DNA of 64,000 bases from Bacillota bacterium (GTDB taxonomy: Bacteria; Bacillota; Limnochordia; Darwinibacteriales; Darwinibacteriaceae). Positions 1 through 10,281 of this stretch are shown here, piece by piece. Every line of letters starts with the position of its first letter. The first letter of the stretch is position 1. A program made the translations under genes and the position numbers. Below the pieces are notes generated by a model, which worked only from the letters and a program-made list of their open reading frames with translations, searched no databases and was not told the DNA's origin. Where the stretch lies: contig JAAYOM010000018.1 of NCBI GenBank assembly GCA_012520315.1, positions 3,530 to 67,529 of the forward strand. Reading direction: 5' to 3'.

Positions 1-798
1 ATCCAGGACCGCATTTACGCGTGCGACTACATTGCCATAGCCGTAGAGCCTTTCTAACATAGCAACGACGCTATTTTCCAACTGCTGTTCATAGCGCCAC
101 TGCATCTCAAAGCGGTCGGCAACCTGGCTGCCGAGATCCATAATTGACGGAGAGTTCAACACGGTGCCCCGGGAATCAACAATCGTTACATTCTCGGGAA
201 TCAGTCCTTCCACACTGGTAGCCACCAGGTTAGCTATGGCCCTGACCTGACCTGAGGTCAGCTGGGCGCCTGGCTTGAGCTGCAGCAGCACCGATGCGGT
301 GGCGTCCTGGCTCTCCTGCACGAACAGGGAACGCTTAGGCAGCACAATATGTACACGGGCATCTGCTATTTCCTGAATCTGCCTGATAGTGCGGGTCAGC
401 TCTCCCTGCAGGGCCCATTGGTAACGGAGTTGGCGATCGGCCTCTGTCTCCCCTAATCTGGTAGTGTTAAAGATCTCAAAGCCTACTACCCCGCCTGTGG
501 GCACACCAGAGGTGGCCAGCGCTATTCTGGTCTCAAAGACCTCCTCTTCAGGCACCCAGACAGCGGTGCCCCCGTCTGTCAGTCGGTAGGGTGTTCCCCG
601 CTCCTGCAGTGCGGAAACAACAGCCCCCGCATCTTCAGGACCCAATCCCGAAAAGAGAACTTGGTATTCGGTACGGGAAAAGATCCCCAGAAGAACCAGG
701 GATAGAAAAACACCCAGGACAAACACACCGACGCCCACTTGCATAGGACGGGACAATTTACCCCAGGTCTCTTTAATTGACTCGAGAATATTGTTCAT
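1..798 (-). CDS. fliF: Flagellar M-ring protein FliF, N-terminal portion (gene runs off the window start)
   Basis: Minus-strand reading frame begins with ATG at 798 (MNNILESIKETWGKLSRPMQVGVGVFVLGVF...). It has an N-terminal TM segment and a FliF-like periplasmic ring domain and sits directly downstream of fliE. It is absent from the ORF track because there is no stop inside the window. Confidence 0.8.
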   Translation of the reverse strand, partial: MNNILESIKETWGKLSRPMQVGVGVFVLGVFLSLVLLGIFSRTEYQVLFSGLGPEDAGAVVSALQERGTPYRLTDGGTAVWVPEEEVFETRIALATSGVPTGGVVGFEIFNTTRLGETEADRQLRYQWALQGELTRTIRQIQEIADARVHIVLPKRSLFVQESQDATASVLLQLKPGAQLTSGQVRAIANLVATSVEGLIPENVTIVDSRGTVLNSPSIMDLGSQVADRFEMQWRYEQQLENSVVAMLERLYGYGNVVARVNAVLD

Positions 799-813
799 CG
801 TTCACCCACCTAG

Positions 814-1098
814 CTACACTTGCATGCGCATGATTTCCTGATAAGCTTCCAAAAGTTTGGTTCGAATCGCCATCGTGAGCTGCAGGGCTAGATTGGCCTT
901 TTCTGCAATAATCATGGCATCATGAAACTCGATATCTCCCGTAAGCAGCTGGGCCAAAGCTACATCGCCCTCCTGCTGCAGGATGTTGACTTCATTTAGC
1001 GCTTCACGCAAATGACTCTGAAAATCATGGCCTGCCGGCTTGGCTTGTCCAAGTTGAGACGCCCGAGGCGTGTTTAGAACATTCATCTGCACTTTCAT
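814..1098 (-). CDS. fliE: Flagellar hook-basal body complex protein FliE
   Basis: 94-aa protein in the flgB-flgC-fliE-fliF order; size and C-terminal helix are typical of FliE. Confidence 0.8.
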   Translation of the reverse strand: MKVQMNVLNTPRASQLGQAKPAGHDFQSHLREALNEVNILQQEGDVALAQLLTGDIEFHDAMIIAEKANLALQLTMAIRTKLLEAYQEIMRMQV

Positions 1099-1127
1099 TC
1101 CAATTCTCCTCTCCCAGGACCGCAGAG

Positions 1128-1565
1128 CTAACGTCCGATTTCCAAAGCCCGCTGGGCCATAGCTTTCGCCGAATTTAACGCAGCAATGTTGGCTTCATAG
1201 GCCCGTGTAGCAGTGATTAAGTCAACCATCTCCCTGACGACATGCACATTGGGCATCTCGACATAGCCGTCGGCGTTGGCATCGGGATGCTGGGGATCGT
1301 AGACTAACCGCGGCGGAGTCGGATCGCTCACCACTCCCACGACACGGACTCCCTGTCCCTGCCCAGAACTGTGCATGGGACTTAACCCTCCATGCATGGT
1401 TTGATCCAGAATTGGGGCGAAGACCGGTACCTGGCGGCGATAAGGGCCGCCTTCCGCTGAGCGCGTCGTATTCGCGTTAGCCAAGTTGTTCGCAATTGTG
1501 TCCATGCGCAAACGCTCAGCAGTCAAACCAGAAGCTGAAATTTGCAGCGCTTTAAAGATGCTCAT
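1128..1565 (-). CDS. flgC: Flagellar basal-body rod protein FlgC
   Basis: 145 aa with N-terminal rod motif (LxxSASGLTAERLRMDTIANNLANANTTR) and the FlgC C-terminus. Confidence 0.9.
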   Translation of the reverse strand: MSIFKALQISASGLTAERLRMDTIANNLANANTTRSAEGGPYRRQVPVFAPILDQTMHGGLSPMHSSGQGQGVRVVGVVSDPTPPRLVYDPQHPDANADGYVEMPNVHVVREMVDLITATRAYEANIAALNSAKAMAQRALEIGR

Positions 1566-1568
1566 AAC

Positions 1569-1970
1569 CTACCTTCTCCCTTCTCCGATCACAGTGCGCA
1601 GCTGTCCAAGCTTGCGGCTGACCGCATCTGTAAGAGACTCGTAATAGAGCTGATTTTCCAATAACAACACTTGTTCCCGATCCGGATCCACGTTGTTTCC
1701 ATCATTCCGCATTGTAACCGAGTTGTCTTGGACAACTGCAAAAGGTGCTGTGCCGCCGCCCCTGCTCGCACCCGGCAGATGCCGGTGGTTTGTCCTGGCT
1801 AATCTGGGATGCTGCCATCTGGCCATCTCCCGGGCAAACCTGGTGTCCATTGTCACATCCGAACGCTTAAATCCCGGTGTATTGAAGTTTGCTAAGTTGT
1901 TACTCAAGACATTATGACGTAAAGTAGCCTTGTTCAAACCTAAACCTAATTGATCAACGAGCTTAAACAC
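1569..1970 (-). CDS. flgB: Flagellar basal-body rod protein FlgB (GTG start)
   Basis: 133 aa with rod-protein N-terminal motif (LxxRHNVLSNNLANFNTPGFKR). GTG start is preceded by GGGAGG. It is the first gene of the fla/che-type operon. Confidence 0.85.
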   Translation of the reverse strand: MFKLVDQLGLGLNKATLRHNVLSNNLANFNTPGFKRSDVTMDTRFAREMARWQHPRLARTNHRHLPGASRGGGTAPFAVVQDNSVTMRNDGNNVDPDREQVLLLENQLYYESLTDAVSRKLGQLRTVIGEGRR

Positions 1971-1995
1971 AAGGCAGACCTCCCTGCTCGTTCGT

Positions 1996-2028
1996 TAATA
2001 ATAGCGAGAAACACTATCTTTTTCAACT
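1996..2028 (-). promoter_or_regulatory. Putative sigmaA-type promoter of the flgB-flgC-fliE-fliF operon (TTGAAA-17 nt-TATTAT on the minus strand)
   Basis: The minus strand reads TTGAAAaagatagtgtttctcgcTATTAT about 30 nt upstream of the flgB GTG; the RBS GGGAGG follows. Confidence 0.45.
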
Positions 2029-2182
2029 TCGACAAAACCCGAAGAAGTCCTGCCATAAATCCCCATCAGAATTAAAGAAGGGAAGAGTTATAGTACCCCT
2101 TCCCCCTGATATCTATCTATTTCACAACAAAGCCCTTGTTTCCTGCACGTTTTGTACCTTTTCTCGAAAAATATCGAATTGC

Positions 2183-3571
2183 TTACAGAATGTAACGTGT
2201 CAGATCCTGATTCTGCGCCAACTCACCCAGCTTTTCCTGGACGAAGCCGGCATCCACTGTCACTTTGGAGCCGGCAGTACTCTCGAAACTCACATCTTCC
2301 AGCAAGCGTTCTAAAATGGTGTGTAAGCGCCTGGCCCCAATATTTTCGGTGGTGCGGTTCACTTCCTCGGCAATTTCCGCAATCGCCATAACTCCGTCCT
2401 CAGTAAACACCAAATCCACACCTTCGGTCCCTAAAAGCGCAGTGTACTGCCTAGTCAAGGAGTTATGCGGTTCTGTCAGGATGCGGGCAAAGTCCCCGGC
2501 CCTTAGGCTCTCCAGGTTAACCCGAATTGGAAAGCGGCCCTGCAGCTCAGGAATTAAGTCTGCAGGTTTGGAAACATGGAAGGCCCCTGCCGCAATGAAC
2601 AGGATGTAATCAGTTCTCACCGGTCCTGCCTTGGTGATCACTGTGCTTCCTTCAATAATCGGGAGAATGTCCCGCTGAACCCCTTCCCGGGAAACATCAG
2701 GCCCTCCGTGCTTTTGGGAGCCGGCAATCTTATCAATTTCATCGATAAAGACTATTCCCGACTCTTCCACCAGGGCTACAGTTTCGACATTGACTGCATC
2801 CATATCCAAAAGCTTGGTTGCTTCTTCCTGGAGCAGGATTTCCCGTGCCTCTCTCACTGTAACAGTGCGTTTTTGAGTCTTTTTCGGCAGGAGATCCCCC
2901 AGCATTTCCCTGAAGTTTGCCCCCAAATCATCCATGCCTGAACCAGTCATCATATCCCAGGCCGAAGCAGGCTGTTTTTCCACCACGACCTCCACCATGC
3001 GCTCCTCCAGTTCACCTAGGCGCAGCAGCTTGCGGATCTGCTCCCGCTCGCTTTTCAGCTTCTGGTCGTCATCTTCCTGGTGAGTCTTGGCAGTCTCCGA
3101 CGTCTGGGTCAAACCCCACAGCAAATCCATGGGGTTAAGGGGAGCTGCCGGGGGCGGACCCGGCACTAACAGTTCTACCAGCCGCTGCTCCACCAAATCC
3201 TCAGCCTTTTGCTCCACCTGTTTGATCTTTTCCGCCTTGACCATTCTCAAAGCGACATCCGTCAGCTCCCGAATAATTGAATCCACGTCACGCCCCACAT
3301 AGCCCACTTCAGTGAACTTGGTTGCTTCAACCTTAACAAAAGGGGCATGGGCAATGCGTGCCAGCCGCCTGGCAATCTCGGTCTTACCTACACCAGTAGG
3401 TCCGATCATTAAAATGTTCTTGGGCAGAATCTCTTCCCGCAGATCAGCAGGCAGGCGCTGACGCCGATAACGATTGCGCATGGCAATGGCCACAGCCCTC
3501 TTGGCCTCGTCCTGCCCGATAATGTAACGATCAAGTTCAGATACAATCTCCTTCGGTGTCAATACCATCAT
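2183..3571 (-). CDS. hslU: ATP-dependent protease ATPase subunit HslU
   Basis: 462 aa with Walker [16 protein letters not shown] and AAA+ ClpY architecture; immediately downstream of hslV. Confidence 0.95.
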   Translation of the reverse strand: MMVLTPKEIVSELDRYIIGQDEAKRAVAIAMRNRYRRQRLPADLREEILPKNILMIGPTGVGKTEIARRLARIAHAPFVKVEATKFTEVGYVGRDVDSIIRELTDVALRMVKAEKIKQVEQKAEDLVEQRLVELLVPGPPPAAPLNPMDLLWGLTQTSETAKTHQEDDDQKLKSEREQIRKLLRLGELEERMVEVVVEKQPASAWDMMTGSGMDDLGANFREMLGDLLPKKTQKRTVTVREAREILLQEEATKLLDMDAVNVETVALVEESGIVFIDEIDKIAGSQKHGGPDVSREGVQRDILPIIEGSTVITKAGPVRTDYILFIAAGAFHVSKPADLIPELQGRFPIRVNLESLRAGDFARILTEPHNSLTRQYTALLGTEGVDLVFTEDGVMAIAEIAEEVNRTTENIGARRLHTILERLLEDVSFESTAGSKVTVDAGFVQEKLGELAQNQDLTRYIL

Positions 3572-3586
3572 ATCGCCCCTTAAACT

Positions 3587-4123
3587 CTATGGAAGTTCCA
3601 CAATGGAAATGCGATTATTTGTGAACACACAGATCTCTGAGGTAATGCGCAGAGCCTCCAGGGCAATTTCCCTGGCGCGCAAAGGAGAGTGCTTAAGCAG
3701 GGCGAGGCCTGCAGCCATGGCGTAAGAACCTCCCGATCCTATAGCCAGCACTCCTTCATCGGGCTCAATTATGTCGCCTGAGCCGGAGATAACCAGGGTA
3801 GAGCGGCGATCCGCCACCAGCAGCAAGGCTTCAAGCTTGCGCAGATATCGATCTGTCCGCCACTCTTGGCCCATTTCTACTGCCGCCCGCACTAACTGGT
3901 TCGAATGATCCTTCAGTTTGCGCTCGAACATCTCAAAAAGGGTAATGGCATCGGCAGCGGAACCGGCAAAACCTGCGAGAATCTGACCGTCAGATAAGGT
4001 GCGCACCTTGGTGGCTCCGTGTTTGATCACCGTCTTTTCGCCCAAGGTGACCTGTCCGTCTCCGGCTAGAGCCACCTGACCGTCCTTACGCACCGCAATA
4101 ATAGTAGTAGAGCGAATGTTCAC
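3587..4123 (-). CDS. hslV: ATP-dependent protease subunit HslV
   Basis: 178 aa with N-terminal [21 protein letters not shown] (Thr-1 protease family). Confidence 0.95.
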   Translation of the reverse strand: MNIRSTTIIAVRKDGQVALAGDGQVTLGEKTVIKHGATKVRTLSDGQILAGFAGSAADAITLFEMFERKLKDHSNQLVRAAVEMGQEWRTDRYLRKLEALLLVADRRSTLVISGSGDIIEPDEGVLAIGSGGSYAMAAGLALLKHSPLRAREIALEALRITSEICVFTNNRISIVELP

Positions 4124-4139
4124 GCAGACGTCCCCCTTG

Positions 4140-5045
4140 CTAAGCTCGCGGATGAGCTTTATTATAAACTGATTTTAGGCGGCCCATGGTCACCTTAGTG
4201 TAAACCTGTGTCGTTCCCAAGCTAGAGTGGCCCAAAAGTTCCTGAATGGCCCTTAGATCTGCGCCGTTATCCAGAAGATGAGTGGCAAAGGTATGGCGAA
4301 AAGAATGGGGAGAGATGTCTTTGTGGATCTCAAGATGCAGACTGCACTCATTAATGATGTACTGTACTCCCCGTGTGGTTAAGCGCTCGCCTCGGGCATT
4401 GAGGAAGAGGGCGTCCTGGTCTTTGCTCCCTACAAGCTCCAGGCGGTGGGTTCTCAGGTATTCTTCGACGCTGTCAAGGGCGTGCTCCCCAACAGGGACA
4501 ATACGCTCTTTGCTGCCCTTGCCCATCACCCGGATATAACCATTTCTGCTGTCCAGATCCTGGACATTTAGGCCAATAAGTTCTGCCACGCGAATTCCGG
4601 TTGCGTAGAGAAGTTCGAACATGGCGCGGTTTCTGCCCTGCAGCGCCGGGGATTTGCCAGGCATGCTGCCTTCTAGAAACCGCATAATCTCCTCCATCGT
4701 CATCACCTGCGGAATAGCGTTTTTCTGCCGCGGCGTCTTGACAGTGATGGCAAAATCATTCTCCACCAGCCCTTCGGCGAACAGAAAACGACTGAATCCC
4801 CGGATGCTTGCCAGCCTTCTCGCTAAAGTAGAGCGGGCGCAGCCACCCCGGGTCAGGTAGGCCAAATATTCCCTGACAAGATATTTGTCGATGGAACTAA
4901 GTTCTTGCGGTTTGCCTAACAGGTCAAGCTGCTCTCTGACAAAGTTCAAGAAATCAGTGAGGTCGCGCTCATAGGCCTCAAGTGTGGCTGAAGCGAGATT
5001 GCGCTGAATCCTAAGGTGTTCAAGGTAGTTCTTCAGAACCTCCAT
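4140..5045 (-). CDS. xerC: Tyrosine recombinase XerC (CodV-like)
   Basis: Integrase/recombinase fold with an N-terminal SAM-like domain ([22 protein letters not shown]) and the catalytic R...HxxR...Y region ([12 protein letters not shown]...[12 protein letters not shown]). Start set at the internal Met MEVLKNY; the longer ORF would overlap trmFO. Confidence 0.85.
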   Translation of the reverse strand: MEVLKNYLEHLRIQRNLASATLEAYERDLTDFLNFVREQLDLLGKPQELSSIDKYLVREYLAYLTRGGCARSTLARRLASIRGFSRFLFAEGLVENDFAITVKTPRQKNAIPQVMTMEEIMRFLEGSMPGKSPALQGRNRAMFELLYATGIRVAELIGLNVQDLDSRNGYIRVMGKGSKERIVPVGEHALDSVEEYLRTHRLELVGSKDQDALFLNARGERLTTRGVQYIINECSLHLEIHKDISPHSFRHTFATHLLDNGADLRAIQELLGHSSLGTTQVYTKVTMGRLKSVYNKAHPRA

Positions 5046-5058
5046 GCCTTTCCCTCCC

Positions 5059-6369
5059 TTAAAATTCAGCCCAAAATTCATCAAGAGTCTCCAGCGCCCT
5101 TTTGGCATAGGCAAGCTTACGTTCCCTCTTGCCGCGCACCGGCGGGTCCAGGAGCGGCAAGATTCCGAAATTGGCATTCATAGGCTGAAAATGCCGGGGG
5201 TCGGCTGTAGCAATGTAATGGGCCAGACTTCCCAGCATAGTCTCTTGCGGCAGCGTCAAGACTTCCTGCCCCTGCACGCAGCGTGCCGCATTAATTCCGG
5301 CCAATAGGCCTGAGGCAGTACTTTCTACATATCCCTCTACGCCCGTCAGCTGCCCGGCCATAAAGAGCCGTTTTTCATCTTTACACTGAAAACTTGCCTT
5401 TAAAACCTGGGGAGAGTTAATAAAAGTGTTGCGGTGCATCACGCCGTAGCGCACATACTCAGCATTGCGCAAGGCTGGAATCAGCCCAAACACTCGCTTT
5501 TGTTCGCCCCATTTCAGTCGGGTTTGACACCCAACCAGATTAAACAAGCTGGCTTCAGTGTTCTCCAAGCGGAGCTGCAGCACAGCATAGGGACGATTCC
5601 CCTCGGGATCAAGAAGCCCAACCGGCCGAAAAGGTCCGTAGCGCAAAGCATCCTTCCCCCGCCTGGCCATTACCTCCAAAGGCATACAGCCTTCGAAGAC
5701 AGTTAAGTCTGCTTCCCCTAAATCACCCTCGTGGAGGGGCGCTTCTTCGGCAGTAACCAGGGCCTCTATGAATTCTTCGTATTCTGCCCTGGTTAAGGGA
5801 CAATTGAAATAATCTGCAGTGCCTTTTCCGTATCTCGCAGCCCAGAAACCCCGATCATAATCTATGCTTTCCCCAAGGACAATTGGGGCGGCTGCGTCGT
5901 AGAAATGTAAATTGTCACTTCTGGTGACTTTCTTAAGTGCATCAGTCAGCGCGGGACTGGTAAGCGGTCCTGTAGCTATCACCGCAACGCCCTCGGGAAT
6001 CTCTGTACATTCCTCATGGACAATCTCAATCTGGGGGTGCTCAAGCAGGCGCTCCGTGACGGCCTGGGCAAAATGTTCCCGGTTGACTGCTAAGGCGCCG
6101 CCGGCAGGAACTCTATGTTCCTGGGCAACGCTGATAATCAGGGAACCCATCCGTTCCAATTCCTTTTTGAGAACCCCGCCCGCACTGGATTCGAGGCTGG
6201 AACCCAGTGAGTTTGAGCAGACCAGTTCGGCAAAATACCCGGTTTCATGGGCCGGAGTTGTGACTTGGGGACGCATTTCGATAAGCCGTACCGAAATACC
6301 CCTCTGGGCCAGCTGCCAGGCAGCCTCGCTTCCCGCAAGCCCTGCCCCGACTACGGTTACTAAACTCAC
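5059..6369 (-). CDS. trmFO: Methylenetetrahydrofolate--tRNA-(uracil-5)-methyltransferase TrmFO (Gid)
   Basis: 436 aa with an FAD-binding GAGLAGSEAA motif and the Gid/TrmFO family; conserved topA-trmFO-xerC-hslVU order. Confidence 0.95.
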   Translation of the reverse strand: MSLVTVVGAGLAGSEAAWQLAQRGISVRLIEMRPQVTTPAHETGYFAELVCSNSLGSSLESSAGGVLKKELERMGSLIISVAQEHRVPAGGALAVNREHFAQAVTERLLEHPQIEIVHEECTEIPEGVAVIATGPLTSPALTDALKKVTRSDNLHFYDAAAPIVLGESIDYDRGFWAARYGKGTADYFNCPLTRAEYEEFIEALVTAEEAPLHEGDLGEADLTVFEGCMPLEVMARRGKDALRYGPFRPVGLLDPEGNRPYAVLQLRLENTEASLFNLVGCQTRLKWGEQKRVFGLIPALRNAEYVRYGVMHRNTFINSPQVLKASFQCKDEKRLFMAGQLTGVEGYVESTASGLLAGINAARCVQGQEVLTLPQETMLGSLAHYIATADPRHFQPMNANFGILPLLDPPVRGKRERKLAYAKRALETLDEFWAEF

Positions 6370-8453
6370 TTGTCGTCACCTCCGGGGCACTCTTTATTAC
6401 TGCACTTAGGTTCTGCCCCTTCTTTACTTACCGTTAGATTCTTGTGGCAGTAAGGGCAAAGTTCAGCCACCGGACGCTGCCAGGAAGTATAGGTACAATC
6501 AGGATAATTGCTGCATCCATAGAAAAAACGGCCCCTGCGGGTGCGCCTTCTGACAATCTGGCCGGCCTCCCGCCCTTCCCGTTTGCAGACTGAACACTCG
6601 ATGCCGATTTCATCAAGGATCGGTTTGGTGTTCTTACACTCGGGATAGCCTGGGCAAGCCAGAAATTTTCCATACCTGCCTAGTTTATAGACCATATTGC
6701 GTCCGCAGTTTTCACAGATAACATCGCTAACTTCGTCCTGAACCTCAATCCGCTCCAACTCTTCATGGGCCTTTTGGAGATCTTGGGCAAAGGGTGTGTA
6801 AAACTCTCTGATCACGTCCTGCCAAACAGTGTTACCCTCTTCAATCCCGTCGAGCTCTTCCTCCAGCCCTGCCGTAAACTTAACGTCAAGGAGCCGCGGG
6901 AAACTTTCCGCCAAAAGATCAGTGACAATTATCCCAAGCTCGCTGGGGCGAAAACGTTTCTCTTCCTGATACACATAGCCCCTGCCGACTATAGTGTCAA
7001 TAATGGGAGCATAGGTGCTGGGCCGTCCGATACCCTCTTCCTCCAACGTTTTGACCAGCATGGCCTCGGAAAAACGGGGCGGCGGCTGGGTAAAGTGCTG
7101 ACCTAGATCGAGTTTCTGGAGCTGCACCTCTTCGTCGACCTTGAGGTCCGGCAGGAGACGGTGTTTCTCATCTGCTTTGGATGCGGAGTCGGTTCCCTCC
7201 TGATAAATCTTGAGAAATCCAGGAAACTTGAGTTGGGAACCGGTAGCCCTGAACAGGTAATCCTGGACATTAATATCTACGCTCATAGCATCAAAAACAG
7301 CAGAGCTCATCTGGCTCGCTACAAAGCGTTCCCAAATCAGCTTGTATAAACGCAGCTGATCCCGGGTTAAGTATTCTTTGACTTCTTCCGGCGTGCGTAT
7401 TGTGGAAGTTGGTCTGACCGCTTCATGTGCCTCCTGGGCACCCTTTTTTGACGCATACTGCCTAGGCTTGCCAGGGACGTAACTTGCTCCGTGGGTTTGT
7501 TTGATAAATTCCCGCACCTCTGATACAGCTTCTTTAGACACGTTGGTGGCATCTGTACGCATATAGGTGATCAGTCCTAAGGTGCCAAGTTTGCCCATGG
7601 GAAGGCCTTCATAGAGCTGCTGCGCCAAGCGCATTGTCTTTTTGGCAGGAAAACCGAGCTTGCGGGCGGCTTCCTGCTGCAGCGTACTGGTTGTAAAAGG
7701 CGGAGCCGGATGGCGGCGGCGCTCCCTTTTAGTCACCTTAGTTACTTGCCAGGGCTGGCCAGCCACATCCTGCTCAACCTGTTTTGCCGCAGCTTCATTC
7801 GGAAGTTCAATTTTCTTGCCCTTCCTGCGCAGGAGATTAGCTTCAAAAGCCTCTGCCCGGTCGGTCTGAAGGTGGGCGGTGACGCTCCAATACTCTTCAG
7901 GCACAAAGGCCTCGATTTCGCGCTCACGGTCTACAATCAGCTTTACCGCCACAGACTGAACACGGCCGGCACTCAAGCCCCGTTTAACCTTGGCCCAGAG
8001 CAGAGGGGAAAGCTCATAACCTACGATGCGATCTACTACCCGCCTGGCCTGCTGGGCATCGACTAGGGGCTGAGAAATGCTGCGAGGCTTTTTGACCGCC
8101 TGTTTGATCGCATCCTTAGTAATCTCCCTAAAATCAATGCGGCACTTGTCCTCATTCAGCTTCAGAGCGGCAGCCAGGTGCCAGGCAATGGCCTCTCCTT
8201 CGCGGTCGGGGTCTGTAGCGAGCAAAATGCGGTCTGCCTTTTTGGCCGCATCCCGCAACTCTTTCAGCACCGGCCCCTTGCCCCGGATCGTAATATAGTC
8301 CGGCTCAAAATTTTTCTCTACGTCTATGCCAAATCGGCTGCGCGGCAAATCGCGCACATGGCCAAGGGAAGCCTTAACATTGTAGTTCTTGCCTAGAAAT
8401 CCCTTAATCGTGCGGGCTTTAGCAGGTGATTCAACAATAATTAGTGTAGTCAA
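6366..8453 (-). CDS. topA: DNA topoisomerase I
   Basis: TOPRIM N-terminus (LIIVESPAKARTIK) and C-terminal Zn-ribbon repeats (CxxC...CxxC x3). Probable TTG start at 8453 preceded by GGAGGTG; the track ORF extends to 8504. Confidence 0.95.
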   Translation of the reverse strand: MTTLIIVESPAKARTIKGFLGKNYNVKASLGHVRDLPRSRFGIDVEKNFEPDYITIRGKGPVLKELRDAAKKADRILLATDPDREGEAIAWHLAAALKLNEDKCRIDFREITKDAIKQAVKKPRSISQPLVDAQQARRVVDRIVGYELSPLLWAKVKRGLSAGRVQSVAVKLIVDREREIEAFVPEEYWSVTAHLQTDRAEAFEANLLRRKGKKIELPNEAAAKQVEQDVAGQPWQVTKVTKRERRRHPAPPFTTSTLQQEAARKLGFPAKKTMRLAQQLYEGLPMGKLGTLGLITYMRTDATNVSKEAVSEVREFIKQTHGASYVPGKPRQYASKKGAQEAHEAVRPTSTIRTPEEVKEYLTRDQLRLYKLIWERFVASQMSSAVFDAMSVDINVQDYLFRATGSQLKFPGFLKIYQEGTDSASKADEKHRLLPDLKVDEEVQLQKLDLGQHFTQPPPRFSEAMLVKTLEEEGIGRPSTYAPIIDTIVGRGYVYQEEKRFRPSELGIIVTDLLAESFPRLLDVKFTAGLEEELDGIEEGNTVWQDVIREFYTPFAQDLQKAHEELERIEVQDEVSDVICENCGRNMVYKLGRYGKFLACPGYPECKNTKPILDEIGIECSVCKREGREAGQIVRRRTRRGRFFYGCSNYPDCTYTSWQRPVAELCPYCHKNLTVSKEGAEPKCSNKECPGGDDK

Positions 8454-8481
8454 GCAAGCACCTCCGTGCGATTTCAAACGC

Positions 8482-8907
8482 TCAATGATAAACTGAATCC
8501 TCAAATGGTCCTAAAACAGCATTACGACCGGGATCCTCCACAACGTTCTCTAGGATGCCCCGGATTTCCTCCACATCCACAAAACCGGGTGTCTGGGCAA
8601 AGAGTACAGCCAGTGCATGCTCCATCTCAGACGGGGAGATTGCCCCTGTGTGGAGCGCAGAAAGGAGAAACTGGCGGGCTTCCTGGGTGATAAAGGCCTG
8701 TTCCCAGAGATTAAAGACTCTGGTTTTTGAATCATCTACATCATCTATCGTCAGAATCGAGGCCTGAAAATCCAGATCTAATGATTCCAGAAAGTCCAGA
8801 AAATCCTGGGCAGACAAGCCTAGGTTCAGCAAAATATCTGCAAATTTATCGTTTGGATTATGCTTTTTCAAAGCTTTTGCCATGCGTTTCAACTTGTTTT
8901 CATCCAT
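8482..8907 (-). CDS. Smg-like protein (DUF494 family), hypothetical
   Basis: 141-aa acidic protein between dprA and topA, the same position as smg in the enterobacterial smf-smg-topA cluster. The C-terminal half aligns by eye with E. coli Smg (RVFNLWEQ...ARQFLLSAL vs RIYTPEEC...CRGFLLFL). Confidence 0.45.
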   Translation of the reverse strand: MDENKLKRMAKALKKHNPNDKFADILLNLGLSAQDFLDFLESLDLDFQASILTIDDVDDSKTRVFNLWEQAFITQEARQFLLSALHTGAISPSEMEHALAVLFAQTPGFVDVEEIRGILENVVEDPGRNAVLGPFEDSVYH

Positions 8908-8995
8908 GCTTATCTCTCATTTCCTGCCAGAATTACCCCCATTATAGTGGCTTTGTACATATTATGCAAGCTAATGCCCATAACCTTCCATGAAA

Positions 8996-10036
8996 TCAAG
9001 ATCCCTCTTCCAGCTGAAGCAGGGATATTTCTGCCAGCACTTCCTGAATCGGCATGTCCAGCGCGGCGGCAATTTGATTTGCGCTCTGACCTGCCGCGTA
9101 GAGCTCCCGCAGCCTAGGAGATCCGCCCATATCATCTTGCTGTTCGCCCTTTACATTTGGTCCGATCAAAAGATCAGCAGGTTCTGTAACCAGACCGGCA
9201 CCCTGCTTAATCAGACTGTGGTTTCCCTGCCTTAAAGGATCGCTCACTTCACCTGGAATCGCCCATACATCGATGCCTAGCTCCAAGGCCCAGTCAGCAG
9301 TATGCAATGTGCCGGACTTGGCCCCGGCTTGTACCACTAACACGCCTCGGGCGCAACCGGCAATAATGCGATTCCGCCTGGGAAAATTGCCAGGTACAGT
9401 CGGACATTTGCTGGAAAACTCCGTAATTACAGCCCCCTGTTCCGCAATTTTCCTCGCCAGCAGCCTGTGTTCGCCGGGATAGAGTTTCTCCAGATTGGAA
9501 CCTAGAACAGCCACTGCAGTGCCTTTGCTTTCCACAACCTGCTGATGGGCATGGTAATCTATACCCCGTGCCAGACCGCTAATCACGGGGATACCACGGG
9601 CAGCCAGGTAGGCGCTGAACTGCCTGGCCTGGGCAATGCCTACTCTGGAAGGCTTCCGCGTTCCCACCACAGCGATCCCTTCCTCTTCCGGGAGCTTACC
9701 TGCCACATAAAGGACTGGCGGCGGGACAGCCAGCCTCCGCAGGTAATTGGGATATTCTTTATCATAAATCGTTACAATCCGCGCCCCTTGCTGCTTCGCC
9801 CAAGCTTCCTCCGCCTGGGGCGAGAGGGAGCCGCGCAAAGTACACAGACGATCGGCCAGTTCTGTTCCGATGCCTGGCACCTTCATCAGTTCAGCGCGGC
9901 CTGCCTTCCAGGCTTGCTGCAAAGAACCAAAATGTTTCTCGATTGCAATCAGCCTCCGCCCGCCAATACCAGGCACCATATTAAAGACGATCAGATACTG
10001 CCTTAAGCTCCATCCCACATAACCACCTCCTGTCAT
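8996..10036 (-). CDS. dprA: DNA processing protein DprA (Smf)
   Basis: Rossmann-like DprA core (IPVISGLARGIDYHAHQ...AVLGSNLEKLYP) and a C-terminal winged helix; start position uncertain (a Met at 9979 is possible). Confidence 0.9.
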   Translation of the reverse strand: MTGGGYVGWSLRQYLIVFNMVPGIGGRRLIAIEKHFGSLQQAWKAGRAELMKVPGIGTELADRLCTLRGSLSPQAEEAWAKQQGARIVTIYDKEYPNYLRRLAVPPPVLYVAGKLPEEEGIAVVGTRKPSRVGIAQARQFSAYLAARGIPVISGLARGIDYHAHQQVVESKGTAVAVLGSNLEKLYPGEHRLLARKIAEQGAVITEFSSKCPTVPGNFPRRNRIIAGCARGVLVVQAGAKSGTLHTADWALELGIDVWAIPGEVSDPLRQGNHSLIKQGAGLVTEPADLLIGPNVKGEQQDDMGGSPRLRELYAAGQSANQIAAALDMPIQEVLAEISLLQLEEGS

Positions 10037-10281
10037 TCTTCGTCACGCACGGGATGCTCAACCAAGCTGTCGAGAATGGCTTGCAGCTCCTCCTCCCATT
10101 TGAGCTGGTATAGTCTCAACTCCAGGGCGCTGACAATTGCGCCGCCCTGACAGTTGGTGCAGATAATGCCATACATGTCTCCCTTGTTAGACTTGACGGT
10201 GTGGGGAGTATCCACATCACACACTGGGCAATGGAATATGCGGGTAATTCCAACATCAATAGGCATGGGCACCCTCCTCAA
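10033..10281 (-). CDS. Small zinc-ribbon protein, hypothetical
   Basis: About 77-82 aa with CPVC...CTNC four-Cys motif. Its stop overlaps the dprA start (ATGA), suggesting translational coupling. Confidence 0.4.
   Translation of the reverse strand: MRRVPMPIDVGITRIFHCPVCDVDTPHTVKSNKGDMYGIICTNCQGGAIVSALELRLYQLKWEEELQAILDSLVEHPVRDEE

Noticed and set aside
4140-5177. Long N-terminal extensions on several track ORFs (xerC, topA, comM, rnhB, trmD, ftsY, gmk, rpoZ, thiT, HTH/S24)
   Set aside because: The extensions overlap upstream genes, lack an RBS or begin before conserved family N-termini. Starts were trimmed to internal ATG/GTG/TTG codons with plausible Shine-Dalgarno sequences.
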